Below, in pieces: positions 47,533 through 63,276 of a DNA stretch of 64,000 nt (its first letter is position 1; each line of letters starts with the position of its first letter). The position numbers were made by a program, and so were the translations under genes. The DNA is from Neodothiora populina. Lineage: Eukaryota. The notes beneath the pieces were generated by a model. That model made no database searches. It was not told the DNA's origin and was given only the letters and a program-made list of their open reading frames with translations. The stretch lies in NCBI RefSeq assembly GCF_041146345.1, contig NW_027191414.1, forward strand, positions 620,001 through 684,000. Direction: 5' to 3'.

Positions 47533-50500
47533 TTCTGTGGGAGTGGCAAGTCAGTGGTCTGAAGGTTGGAAGTCAAGCGTCCGGGGGCGACAGGCAGCCA
47601 GGCAGCCACCGAGCGTCGGCCACTTGATGCTCAAGTGCACGTGAATTATCATACCTTTGTGGAATATTAAATGCGCGAGCTATTCGACGTCCCCAGTACC
47701 ACAAAGACAACAGGGTGATGTGGCGATGGGTGGTTCAGGACGACATGAAGTCGGCGGTTAGATTAAGTGTTAGATGTACGGTTGATGAATCCAGCAGCTG
47801 AACCTGATGCGATTCTATGCGAGAGTTGGAAGAACGAGCGACGTGTAGGTGGGAAAAGGGCAAGAAAGGTGTGATCCGAGGTCGTCGGTTGGCGAAGAGA
47901 TGAGATGTGGGCGGCTTCCCAATCAGAGTGCGAGAGAGAAGATGGATGATGGACTGCCACGTGAGCTGCCGGGGCCGTCTTTCTGAGTTGCTGCTGCTGT
48001 TGCTTGCTTACTTTCTCCTTAAGGCAAGCACCAGATACTGGAGATGGGGTGCGCGAACGGGCTATGCCGTCGAAAGCGCGCGGGAGATTGAAATGGGGTA
48101 TATTGGAGAGATAAATTAAGAAAGGGCTGCCCAGCAAGACAAAGAGAGAGAAGAGAGCATATACAGGGCGAAGCTGGAAGGTCGCGCAAGGTGCGATGTC
48201 GTGAATGATCGAGGAGGAGAGACCACGACCGCCCAGCCACTTGCTCGACCGTTCAACCTGCCCAAGTCTATCCTAGCCCAACCAATCAGTGCGACCAGCG
48301 TCTCAAGAACATGTCCCGAGCTTTCGGCCGCTAATTGTCCTAATGATTAAGCTAGCCCTCTTCGGGAAACGTAATTACTCTGCCGTGTCGCTTCCGAGCC
48401 ACTCTGAGGCCTGGCTCGTTGCTATTTTACTTTACCTTACCACACAAGGCGCGCTCAACGCACTCGATCCATTTTGCTTGTTTACTCTTAAGTAGACTTG
48501 GGTTGAGTCCATTCAATCAACATGGAAGTCATGCCTTAGAGACGACAGTGTCAGTAAACGCATCAGCCGACTTGACAAGATGAGCTACATCACCCTGCAT
48601 AACGTGTGTCCAATCGTGCAAGTCAGATGCTGTAGGGTAAAGTAGCTAAGCTGGCTAATTAGCAACGTACTGTCACCACAAGATATATACGGGTACCCGT
48701 ACTGCCTACGGAGCCTCATCGGGGGTCGGCCCGAGGCACAACATGAGTTCACCATACATCTTCCATGCATGTGCTGTTACACAACGCGATAATCAACAAG
48801 AATTACCTTTTCCCTGTTGCCGCGCATCCCTGAGCTATACGAAGCTGTATTCTGGGTACTGGCAATCTGCTGGACCTGATGAGTCCTCTGATCTCCTACA
48901 CAGAGAATGGCGGCGTGCTGCCTCGTACAAGAGATTACTCCAACGGGCTTTTCCCATACCCTATTGTTTACCTCTGACTGTTGACAAAACAAGCCACATC
49001 TGCTTTTAATTGCATCATATGTTCGCGTTGGTCATGCTTTGACGCACCCAGCAACGAAGCTCTCTGAATAGCGTTCACGAAGTTTATGCGAAGCTCTCGA
49101 CATTTTTCGACTGCTAATATATGCTCAGCAAGATCGTTTGTCGTTCGCGGTGCCTTCGCCATTTGTTTTCTCCTCGGGGATCTGACATGTGTCAGTGGTC
49201 GCGGTCCCGGGTGATTAGTTTAGAATCGCCATCGTCCAAATCGAGTTGCAACTGTTGCACTCGCGAGATGCTGTTTCTGCCAACATACGCTGAATCTGTT
49301 CTTCTTCCATGGATGCTCGATGCCTTTTACAGGCCCACTATCTACGTGACCATTATATTGAAAATATGCTAGGTGGCAATCACCCACCCATCCTACCATG
49401 ATTGATCAGGTATGGACTTCCATGCCATTCTTATTCGAATGCTGGAGCTTTAGAGCAGGACGCTGCGAGGAAAGCAGCACATATATGGCTTGTCCTTGCT
49501 GTTTGAGAAATACGCTCACACGATCATGCTAAAGACAAGGACATGCGGCATCGATAATGCTATGTGCTGTAGCGTGCTCCGCACACATCGATATGACGCC
49601 TCTCACTAGCAATACGTATAGGTTCCATGTCCACAGGTGCCCGCAGCTTGGAAAGTATGAAGAATCGAAGCCCCGTACAATAACGGCAGTGGCAGACGGA
49701 ATGCAAGGCATCATCGCGTGTCCATATGGAAATTCGCTGAATGTAGGTACTCACGTTTGCCTGTTTTCGATCTTTGCTTTTCCACGTACCCTACAAATGT
49801 CCAATGTCCAGTTTGGAATGGCCATTGTTGACCAGTGAAGCATATCTGGACTGTAGAAAGTCAGCAAGCAGCCGTCTCTCAATCAGATATCTCTTGTAGA
49901 GGGAGGCCCGGCTGGTATGACAGTCGCACACGAACGTTGGACTACCCCTCAATTCAGCTTCATGACCGAATATCAAGAAGGGCAATGCAACGATAGCGAG
50001 AGAAACGATGGCAGGATCTTGTGCAGCAAGGCGGACTTCAAGGAGGGATTTGATCATTCTAGAGACGGGCTGTATGAGCATCACAAAAACATCATACCTC
50101 GCGAGCCTCGAAGTACGACACTAGAGGAGCAGGTATGTTATAGTGACGCTGGATTGCGGCATCAACCAAAGAGAAAGATAAAGGTGAAATCACAAGGCTG
50201 TACGATTTACGAGGTACGATAGGTAAGGTATGTAATAATGACCAGAACTCCTCTTCATATGTATAGTATATACACACCATTGTCTCCACTTATAACACAA
50301 GACCGTTGCGAAAACCGCGCATGAATAGCGTGACCGTACCTTGTCTTGTGCTTCCTACCTCGGTTGAGTTGCCCAGATCATACTGTACAGTAGTATGATG
50401 GGCCTGACCGTATCTCCGGAGATAGAATCATTATACCCACGAACATCATCAACATCCCTCCGTCTTCCTCCTCGCCATCTCGCCAGATAAGGTACTTTTT

Positions 50501-51861
50501 CCACAAACGAGGCGGCCTGATGTAGGACGTGACGTGACGTATATCTGTGCCACAAGTACAACACCTACGATCCCATGATGGAATCCACGGGGATCAAGTA
50601 AAGATAGTCACAAAAGCCACGGCATCGCGGCTACAGGGAGACTCGACCTTCGGTTGACGAGATCGGAATTGAGAAAGAAGAACAGAACTCACGACAAACC
50701 GCAAGCTGACCCGGAGCACGGCTCCGTTCAACAAATCTTTCCAAGACTCTGAGACACTCTAGAAGCTCACCCTAGTCACAGCTTCCCTAGATGCCGGACA
50801 AGTAAGACAAACTGGCATGACAGAGAGCAACTGAAGACGAGGGGTAAAACCGAGAGGAGGACGATAGAGAGATCAGCACGACAAGCTTACGGCCATCCCG
50901 CATGACAGCGACTACCTTCGGCAAGGTAAGGCACGGTACTGCACCTTAAGTTTTCTTCCATCAGGACCCGTGAGACACATATGGAAGCTTCTTTCGACTA
51001 CACTCGCGCATTCTTGCGTCATGTACTGTGGCACGTTGAAAAGGTAACGTAGTCTTCGTATGTCGTATACGAGAAGTGCCCTTGATGTGGCATAAGATAG
51101 GTAAGGTGGGTCCGGGATCTAAGGTATCTAAGGTACCGCAGTATATCTAGTAAAGTACAGGTACCGTGCCTGGCACTGATAGCTTCACAAGCACGGCATC
51201 TACAGTCAAAGTACAGCACACCTGACCCAAACTTCAACAGAGAGTGCAAGGTATGAGGAACTCGGATTCTTTATTCGACTATTGAACTGAGATCTAATTA
51301 GCAGTTGCTAAGCAATAAAAACTAATCCCCCAATACGTGTAGGGGTGCTAAGGCAGCAGCTGATAGCTTCCCTCAACAGGAGAAAATAAAGCGGGTACCT
51401 AGAGTACAACCCAGATGATATTGAGACCGTCTCAGATGAGGTACTCTACTGTACGTATTCTTATGGTGCCTTGAGGAAAGGTAATGATTAGGATTGTGCT
51501 TGTCCTTCGTATCCGTAAGGTACATGGGGGTTTTCCGAGGCCGGTCCATCAACAGATGACTGAAACGATTGCAGGTCCTCGGTCCAGCTCATCCCGCAGT
51601 CCCCTAGGCTTTCGGTACATCTCCACACCTCCAGCCTCGTGCGCTTGTGTCGGATGCTTCGCTTACCAAGAGCATCAGGTCGGGCCCATATCTGTAGGTA
51701 CTTGCATCACATCTCTTATCCTTCCACCCAACGTCTTTACTGTCAGTTGACGCCAGAACCTTTCCGAAACCCACCGTCGCGGTCAGCATGGAAGAGCATC
51801 ATATTCGATGCTGGTTCAATCCCTGATACATCTAGAGCGCTATCTGTATTGAGCGTTTCGC

Positions 51862-52839
51862 TTAGATAGGCAGACCGTGCGCAGCACGCTCCATCTTGAC
51901 CTCTTCGAGATTTGGAAGCTCAAGACCCTTGACCTCTTCTTCGCATTGCTGCGCCTTCTCGGTCATGTTCTTCCACCATATGACAAATTCCAGGGAAGCT
52001 CCCATAAGCAAGTCGCTCGAGCTGTCGTTCTTCAGGTCAGTCCAGAGTCTGTCGATTCCACGGCCAAGATGACGGAAGCGGACGAGGATGTCTACGCGGA
52101 GATGTTCAAGCTCGGCTTTGCATGAGTTGATGTAGACATCCCAAGCAGCTTCGTCAAAGGCAGGCACTTGAAAGACGGCTGAACCACGACGCGAATTTGG
52201 CGTAGCGTCAGGCGATGGCGGGAAGACTTTTTTGTCAGAGTAGCATTTGCTTAGGCCAGTAAGGCGACTGTTGACTTGATCGAGGTCAGCGTGGTCATGT
52301 CCAGAAGATGGTATCGCCACGCTTTCAGTGGTGAAAATGCCGACACCGCTGTTCTGAGGGACGATAGGGGGAGTGTCGGTCATGTTCGCCATGGCAGAGT
52401 CCTTTCTAAGGCGAAAGTCGGACCTCAGGGGTAGCAATTCAGCAAAGGAACCTTCAAGAGGTGATTCAAGGATGGTCGAAGTAGGAGACTGCATTGCTGG
52501 CGAAGTAGGAGGAGTCGTGCGTGCAAGATGCAGATTGACTTTCTCTGGCCAGCCTCTGGTTAGACTTTCTAGCTCGAGCTTGTCGTAGCGAGCCAGAGCC
52601 GTCAGAACAGCAGCACCGGCAAATTGCCAAGTACGAACTTCTTCAATAAGCTGAGTGGGCAAGCGGATCCAGAGGTTAGCAGGCATGGACCACTCGCTGA
52701 TGAAGGCCTGATCGTAGTAGAACTTGTCGCAATCTGGGGGCAGTACAGGAGTCTTCTTGCGCTGGAACGCAGCTTCCACATCGGCGCGATGAGAGATGCG
52801 CGAAGGGCATCGATGACGGGGGATGAAAGATGGATACAT
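51862..52839 (-). CDS. Hypothetical protein (~325 aa; ORF open upstream to 53109)
   Basis: Long ORF with protein-like composition and helical N- and C-terminal blocks (WSMPANLWIRLP..AGAAVLTAL; FDEAAWDVY..FVIWW). The start at MYPSF is inferred. Confidence 0.7.
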   Translation of the reverse strand: MYPSFIPRHRCPSRISHRADVEAAFQRKKTPVLPPDCDKFYYDQAFISEWSMPANLWIRLPTQLIEEVRTWQFAGAAVLTALARYDKLELESLTRGWPEKVNLHLARTTPPTSPAMQSPTSTILESPLEGSFAELLPLRSDFRLRKDSAMANMTDTPPIVPQNSGVGIFTTESVAIPSSGHDHADLDQVNSRLTGLSKCYSDKKVFPPSPDATPNSRRGSAVFQVPAFDEAAWDVYINSCKAELEHLRVDILVRFRHLGRGIDRLWTDLKNDSSSDLLMGASLEFVIWWKNMTEKAQQCEEEVKGLELPNLEEVKMERAAHGLPI

Positions 52840-55800
52840 GACTAAATTCAGTAGTCCCTGGTTGTGTGAGGCTATGGGTTTGATGAGAGCAGTTGAGTGA
52901 CTCTGTGATGGTGCCTGAGAGAGTTGATTGTGAACTAAAGAGCAAAAGTGGTCAGGTGAGGTGAGGGATGACAAAGATGGTGGATCGTGGTGATGCTGTT
53001 GCAAAGTGAAGAATACAAGGCAGGTGGGATGGATGGTAATATTAACCAGGATGCAAGTTCTATGAGGTGTTTCTTCAGTAATTATTACATCTGATGACGC
53101 GCCTTCCATTCACATGAACAAAGTCAAGCTTGGCAATCAAAGTGCTCTCAAGGTCTTAGGCTGTTGTATACCTGAAGTCACAAGCGTGGTCAGTACCCAC
53201 ACGACCGATACTGTCTTACCGGGTCTCCTTTGACCAAGCAGGCTTCTTCTATGATATGCATTTGTACCACCCTGAATCTCGACCAATAGGAACGCGGGAT
53301 CCAAGAAGATGTGGACAACGGCGGTTTTCGGATGTGGTGTAAGTCAACGCGAAGGAGACAACGTGATATTGCCGATACGTGGTTTGCTTTTGAGGAACAA
53401 CAGTACATATGGAAAGTGCTGCCTCGGCTAAAATGGAAGGGCAAAAAGTACAAAGATGGTAATCACCTGCAAGCCAACAACGACATATACAGCTGCAGTA
53501 GAGTGGATGATACATGGAAGGGAGGGTGTATGCGAGAGCGTGGGTGTTCTGGGAGTCGCAAGGGCAGGCAAAGGATAAACCGGCCTGCGGGTTTTCACTC
53601 AAGCCTTAAACAAAGGACTGTCAGCTTGCATGAACCAACGCAGGGCAAAAGCGGAAAGCGGCAGGTCGCAGAAGAACAAAGACCGCCATTGTCACTCACC
53701 TCTCAATGAGATGCAAACCAGACGCTGTCTCTACCACATGGCTGACCTCGCCTGGCTTGAGTGCGAAGGCAGCATCCTCGAACTCTTTTTGCATATCGCC
53801 CTTGCCAAAGAAACCCCTGTGGATGGAAGTGTGAGTGGGTGGCCAACATGTGGCGTGACGAGCAACGCCGAAAGTAATGGAACAGAGACACGTCCAAGCA
53901 GACTCGGCCTCAGGGTGTCACTTACAGGTCGCCTCTCTTTCTGGAACTACTGCAATCACTTTCGGTGGTAGCCAGATCTCCCAAGCTCGTGGCACCACTT
54001 CGGATGCGGGCTTCGTGACCGAGTATGATGCTCATGGCCTCGTCCTTCGTTCGTGTGATCTGCGCCTCTCTCCAACTCGACGGACGCCTCGAGTCCTTAT
54101 GTTTGACAAGCAAATGTGAGCAACGGATCTTGCCTTCTTGTGCACCAGCACCATCGGGTCTGAGGTTGGCAGAACTGTGGTAAGTGCCCATGTAATGCTT
54201 GAGAGTTTCGCTATCTGTGCCTGAAGGGGGTTCCCATCGGCTCTCCTTGGTGGATGCGTTGAAGTAATAAGGGAGGTTCTTCGAATTGGAGTGTCTAACC
54301 TCCCAACCGCTTGGTAGCCCAGTAGCCTGATGGTCGTCTGTTAGCCGGGATCATTGGGAAGAATGAATCGTTGCGACACGCAAGTCTCTGGGACAAGTCA
54401 AATGAGCATGGCGAATGAGATCGACTATTGACCGCATAGCCTGCACAGCATGCATATGCTACCACGAACAAAAGAAGCACACGATTCCGGTGATGGTAGT
54501 ACTGGCGCATGTATATAGGCGTAGGACACGGCTGACCGTGTGCAAAAACTCACCATGATTTCGCAGTTCCGACCTGGTACAGATATGTTCTCGAGCGCGA
54601 CTACAAGAGGATGTCAGGGTTCGAAGCAAAGAAGGCAAGACCAAGGTTAAGGGTAGAGTGGTCAGTAATATTCTACTGGAGCAAAATGGTACGTGGATGG
54701 TAAGGTCGACCAAGAAGCAGAGCACAAACAACCTGAACCCAAGCGCAACAGCATGAACGCCCGCTTTTGCGGGGTGGGGGTTTTTGAGGGTTGGCACAGC
54801 AAAGCTGCAACAATGTCAGCCAAGCCAATATGACCATTCACTGCGCTTCTCTGCGAATAAAACTTGACTAGGCACGTGCGCGTTCTTATGACCTAGTGAT
54901 CGCCGTTCGCGACTGGAATGTGACACTTTTTGAGGCTTGGCGTGCCTCGAAGCTCAAGCGCCATGAGGGCCAAGTCAGTCCAGCTGCAGTGCGGATACCT
55001 TACTCTAGTGAAGAATGTCAGGCATCCGCTGCAAGGTACTGTATTTTTGGCAGGCACCAGGTACGGAGGCCCGTCCGTCACTTATCTACAGTGTGCATCT
55101 TATGAGCGTATACCTACTGTATCGTCTAATCGTGAATCTACTACGAAGTTTTGCACCCCCACAACGGCTCTTACAACCAGCATGTATCAAGGTTAGAACT
55201 TGGAATAAAGATCCCTCAACTCGAAGAATTCAGCTTGGGATGGTTCTCTATGTGAGAGCCATTCCTAAGAACATGAGCTCACAGCTTTGCCAGCAATACC
55301 GTCGTAAGTTAATTTGGAGTTGCGCTTATAGCGGTCGAGCTGATGTTTCATGTAGTCGTAGTTGCGAGTATAGATCTTATCGGCAAGCAACCACCACGCG
55401 CTTGCAGGTGGCCAGTCCCATACATGATATCGAATCAAATTGCGTGAGATACCACTGAGGCATATTGCCATTCCGAATGCTACGGAGGCACTTATGCACT
55501 ATTCTCGTAATGCATTGCCTCGCTTGAGCCTGACAATAGATGGGACTGTCTTAGAGGACATTGTCGACTTCCGGACTGTCGCCCTCGCGCATCTGCTTTA
55601 TAAGTAAAAAAATGCAACAGAGTAGCGTGTTAGTAAAGTCAGTTCAATGCCATGTTGAACAAGTACGACCACACCATGGCCACGGACACGTGACAGAAGC
55701 CGGCCCATGGCTTGGCACGGGTCCATGGAGTTGTCCATATTGTATCCCTTTGACAGTAAGGTAGGTTACTAGTAAATAAGAATGGCATTGATTGTTCCAA

Positions 55801-56424
55801 TCTGGCTAGTCGAGCATAGTAATGACAGTATCGATCGTGTCCAGAATGCGAGCACTCAAGGGCAAGGATAAAATGAAATCTTAGGACTTGTCAAAGTAAA
55901 GTCGAACTTGGAGATTATGGTGCAGGCATCGGCATACGACTCGAATTGATTGCCTTGAGGTTATCGCATCAATTGCCAATGCCCGCGTCGTACACTAGTA
56001 AATTACTGTACTGTACTTTAATGGCGCGCGGCGCGACACGCCCACTTACTCCTTCACTCACTCATTCACACGGTTTTCTTGTCGTCGCCCTGGCTTCGGT
56101 GAGGATAATGTCTCGTAGCGTGGCTAGCTTTTGAGGAGTAATTGTGTCATTTCCTTGCGCTTTCTGCGGACATTTCTATTTCCACCCGCCATCCTTGGAT
56201 CCTTCGCGGCGCATCCTCTCACTACTAATATTCTATATCCCTGGGCACCCAGAAGAGGTTATTCAGCCTCACTGCGCCACTTTCCCCCTTTGCTGATTTT
56301 CCCACACCCAAACATACCATTCTTTGGCTCTTTGTCTTTCTAGGATCGCCTTGTCCTTCTCGAGAATCTCTTTCTTCTCTTGCATTGGCGCTTAGCGCGG
56401 TCTACGGAGTTCCGGTTGTGCGAA

Positions 56425-58649
56425 ATGCCCCCTAGGAACAATGTGCCCCTGGAGGAGGCACTGGCGAAGAAGGGCGGCCTCACTCTCCAACAGCTGGCGA
56501 ACTACGACGATGTAATCACTGATGCGCTGGTCGATCGCGTATGTATCAAAGTGTCCAGGGCCTTGGGCAAACATGCTGATCCGTGTGCCTGAAGGTGTAT
56601 TACTGGACAACGATCAGAAAACTGAGACCTGGTTACCATGCTTCGCGGGGTTTGAGGGAAGAAGATGTCACGCGTATTCTACAAGAACACGTCGTCCTCA
56701 ACAAAGATCCGATCGCCGCGACGCAGGCTCTGCTCAAGCTTCCCGGTATTCAGCGTTACCTGCGCAGTCTTTCCACTGCCGACGAGAAGGAGCACTTCCA
56801 GAGGCATCTGAGGAAGTATGTCAACATTTACCTTCCAGACTGTCCTTTTGAGGTCTGCACCACCAACCGTTATGAAATCACCACCCATGAAGCCTCGACT
56901 GTGGCACGCAAAATGATAAAGAAGGGGGAGGTCATTCGCTATTTAAGTGGAATTCAGGTTGCCATGACCAAGGAGGAAGAACGTGACCTCGACGTGCGAA
57001 AGCGCGACTTCAGCATCGTAATGTCCAGCCGGAAGAAGACGCCTTCGCTATTTCTCGGACCAGCTCGTTTCGCAAATCACGACTGCGACGCAAACGCAAG
57101 GCTAAGCACAACAGGTGCACATGGCATGCAAATAGTCAGTGTCAAGAACATTGATGTGGGCGAAGAGATCACTGTGACTTATGGAGAAGACTACTTTGGG
57201 GATGATAATTGCGAATGTCTATGTGCGACTTGTGAGCGCTTCATGAGAAATGGCTGGGATCCCACCAAGAAGGCCGAGGACAGCGACTCAGAGGATGAGG
57301 ACGAAGAAGGCGTCGACGATGGCGAGCACGAATCCAAAGTTGACGCGGAGAGTGAAACAAACCCGAACTTGACACCACAATCATACTCCTTGCGCACCAA
57401 GAAGCGCAAATACACTTTCGATCCAGACACGCATGCGCCGATCCTGACTCCAGAAGCGACACCCCCGAGGCCTGCCAAGCGACAAAGAGCGTCAGGCGAT
57501 AGCCCGTCGCGTTTCTCCACCCCTGTTACATCTCAAAACATCAAATCGGAGCCTGGCACTTCTGGCTTGAGAAACCAGGTCTCCCAAGACGGCAGGGAAG
57601 TGAGTCCGTTTGCTTTCATACCTGCTTTCATCAGAAGTGGTCTGAAGAAGAGCGCAAGCAACGTCAAATACAAGTTTACATACAGCAAGCGAGGTCGACC
57701 GCTGGAGCTCGCGTCCGCCAACGACACCTCCCGATCGCACTCACCCGGCTCTTCCACTGTGGATGGCTCCCAAGTATCTATTTCCACGGACATCACCTCC
57801 ATGGACGACGCAGCCGGAGACGACGATGAAGAAGATACGCTAGAGGTTCAACCGGTGTTAAGCAAGGAGAGCGAAATAATCATAGATACCAGAGAGACCC
57901 CCGGGACAGACCTGGACGTGTCTCACTCTGCAGTCATGACACAATTGCCTGATATAGAAGCAGCAGAAGCAGCAGGAGCACCAGAAGCACCAGAAACAGC
58001 AGAAACAGCAGAAATTGGAGCAGCAGTCGCACCCGAAACAGTTCCAAAGCAGCCAGACGATTCCGAGTCCGATCTCACCGAACTTTCTGACAGCTACGAG
58101 CTCGACGACGAACACCACCGCGTCGTGAAGCGGCAGTACAAGCGCAAGTTCCTGACACGCCAGTCCTCGCGCAATCTTAGACATTTAGCGATACCAACCG
58201 TTGAATCCTCAGTCGCTCCCTCCACTGAAGGCGAAGACGGTGTCCGCCTCAATCCTCGCAGACCAGGAGATTACACCCTAACCGAACGTCTTCTCCCAAC
58301 AATTTACTCACGTTGGATAGAATGCCAACAATGCGACGAGGCATTCGTCCAGCTTGAAGCATATCAGACCAGACGCGAATGTCCGCGCTGCGAGCGCCAC
58401 AGCAAATTATACGGCTACCCCTGGCCCAAGACCGATCGCGAAGGCAAGGCCGACAAAGAAGAGCGCGTGTTGGACCATCGACAAGTCAACCGATTCGTCG
58501 CTCCCGAGGAAGAGAGAAGCACACGAAAGGGCAGAAAGACACTGAAGTCACTCATAGTAGAGCGTGAGAGAAGTCTACGAGAAAGCGAGAGTGCGGAGAC
58601 GGAGGCGCGCGAGAGCCTGAAGCGAAAGAGACGCAGGGGTGATTCCTAG
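56425..58649 (+). CDS. SET9: Histone H4K20 methyltransferase Set9; intron 56539-56594
   Basis: LTLQQLANYDDVITDALVDR|VYYWTTIRK, DFSIVMSSRKK, LFLGPARFANHDC, EITVTYGEDYFG..CECLCATCE and C-terminal CPRCERHSKLYG..WPKT. Confidence 0.93.
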
Positions 58650-59439
58650 TCATTTGGGACCGAGCCATTCTTTGGCAGCGAAGCGCAGTGGCCCGTCTTT
58701 TCTTCTTCTCCTGCTTTACCTTGCACGGAGACATGTATTGATACATCTGGGGTTCCTTTGGCGTTCCTGACTTCAGCAACTTTTTATTCATGTTCCGCAC
58801 GGCGATATCGACGGCGATATCGACACACGGCCATTGATGGATAGGGCGTGTGCGCTAAAAGGCACTAAGGATTATTACTGGCTAACTGGCCTCTTGTGCC
58901 TGTGGATCATCTGGAGAGAGAGAGTTGCTTTTCTATATCACTTCGAGGGTTTCCATTATGAAAGAAGTAGGGGAAAAGGCCAGCATTCACGTAAGATATA
59001 AACGTCCCCATTAGCTGGTCGTTAGTTAGATAGCTAGCATATACAAAATCGGCACCAACAATGACTCTGTCCTCTTAGGAGCATCGTAGCACAGTAGGTG
59101 GCATAAGTATCGCCGTCAGCGAGTGCGTGTAAAACCACGACACAGGTCAAACGAAGCGCACCGTCCCACGGCACCTATGTACCTGCTCATTCTACACGTC
59201 CAAGTGCCGAGCCTGAACCATAGAGCAGCTCCGTCTCTCCGACTCAGTCGCCGGCCGGCTACACCTGTACAGTAGAACCAGAAAAGCTCACTAACCGCAC
59301 CACATGCATCGGCCGGCACTGTACATAAACAGAAGTATTTTTTTTATCTGTTTCTACGAGTCAACAGCCATGCTGATGGATGCAGTAGCACTGCGCCGTG
59401 CCGATCCGACGCGGAACGAAATCCGTGGAACCTAATTAC

Positions 59440-59711
59440 CCACCTCTTCTCCTCGCAAGCCACTAAAGGTCTCTGACCTTCTGATGTTGAGGCTCAAGTA
59501 GAGGCTCATCGAGGAGCCTTGACCAAGAGAGGGAAGGGGGAAGGTGGTTCGGACCGGGTCCGTTCCATGAATTGGGCCCCGCTGCCGCTACGTGAAGAGT
59601 GCCGAGTTCTGGGATCGAAACTTCTGCTTTGTCTGTTCCATTGACGAATGTCGACAAAGCCGAATCAAAGCTCGCTCGCGGTGGAAAAGACAACGGAGTC
59701 CGGCCCGGACC
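59440..59711 (+). ncRNA. Candidate structured RNA element of unknown family
   Basis: Many nested complementary segments whose G-U pairs work on the + strand. No known family motifs recognised. Confidence 0.35.
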
Positions 59712-60582
59712 TCTGCAGCCTCTGCGTCCACAGTCTCTCTACTGACCAGGATTAAGATGCCGCCGCACGGTACGGTAGTTACTGTAGTAGTGAAAAAAGT
59801 CCCACTTTCCGACCTCATCAAGCCAAAGATCCACCACAGAAAGCCCCACCCACGGGCCCCTCCTTCTCCATTAGTCGCGCGAGTGGTCCGCACAAGTTTA
59901 ACGCCAATGCTTACCTTATTTAAGTACATTTATCACTGACTCGATTATGCAATGCCAGCTGCCGTAGTACAGACAGTAGAGTAATTACTGTAGTTGGTTC
60001 TACTCTCTAACGATAGCTTAGCATGAGGACGACGATCCTTTGACTGGCTTCCCACGCTGTGGTCGTGTGATCCGCCACTAAAGAAAGCCTGCACGTCAGT
60101 CTTATGGCGGTGTTTGTCAAGGGTTTGGCTTGCGAAGTGAAGTACTTCTAATATTGGGACGGTTCGAATGTTAGCCTTGTGTAGCTGGGAAAGACCGAGT
60201 CGCTTCATATTGCCAGCCATTGTCGAATCGTCGGAAAAGAAGGTGATCTTACTTCAATCATTATTGCTTGCTCCCGCGATTCCAGGCGTGAAGTGGTCAG
60301 GATCCCCGCTTCGTGAGATTAACAGTAACAAGCTCCGGACAACCATGTTGAGCGAAATCAAGTCAAGAGCAAGCTTTCTGGAATTCATATATATTTTTTT
60401 CTCGTTAAAAAAGTACTCGAGTCTATTCGATGTATCGTGTAAGCCATGATGTACTGATACTAGTACCATATAAATATCCAACTCCAACCAAAATGCATCC
60501 GGGAATCCTCGGTCACCATCATCCCTTTTTTTTCGGAACACCGTTTATACCAGAACCATTCAGGAAACTATCGCCTCATGCT

Positions 60583-62581
<1,999 letters not shown>

Positions 62582-63276
62582 CTTGGTTATATTAGCACCT
62601 TAGGGTGGCCTTCTTGACTTACGCCAAGGGGGAAGGGAAGAAGAATGTTCGCGTTTCGCGATTGGACATATTTTTTTTGATTCCTGGGGTCCAAGGGCTC
62701 GATGGGGTCGAGTTTGTTTCGTTTGCACCGCTCTTCTTGAGGCATCTTTGTGGGGTAGATCGCTTATTGTACTGTGCTACAGCAGTGTTCACGGCAAGGT
62801 ACCTTACTGCACCTCAACCACTCCTTGGATATCATAAGTATGGGAGTCGCTGGTACGGACTGCTCTGCTATTACGGGGATGCCGGTGCATTTTCAAAGTG
62901 TTCCTGCAGACCTGAAGCGCAATCGTGTGGTCCGTCATGAACGTCGCAATGGAGACCCTGACGCACTGGAAGGCAGGCCATGATGATTCGCCTATCACCT
63001 CTCACGACCTGCTCTATTCGGACATCCGCGGCGAGAGCTGCGGGGTCAAAGTGATATGTGCTATACGCTATACATACGTGATATCTGTATACCTTAGCTA
63101 CAATTCGCGTGATGTGCAGAGGTCATGACATCACTTCTCAAGGGATAAGGAGATAGCTATGCCACTTTGACAAGGTATATATCAGCTCGGGGTCTAATAG
63201 AGATTCACTGCGACGTCGATCTCACTATCTACTCACCCTACACATCATATTCGTAGTAGTCGTAAAGTGCTTAGAG

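Noticed and set aside
48200..51800. Short ORFs as a degraded gene or transposon
   Set aside because: No transposase or reverse-transcriptase motifs, terminal repeats or RIP-like AT enrichment were recognised.
51805..51830. GGTTCAATCC as a tRNA T-loop (also GGTTCGAAT near 60161)
   Set aside because: No T-stem or cloverleaf pairing.
59411..59431. GAAATCCGTGGAAC resembling RNase P CR-I
   Set aside because: No convincing CR-V or P4 partner and no P1 closure were found.
59863..59914. Minus-strand intron-like signal GTAAGC..ACTAAT..AAG
   Set aside because: Splicing gives only a 19-codon ORF, and it is on the opposite strand to the G-U-favoured structure. It may be chance.
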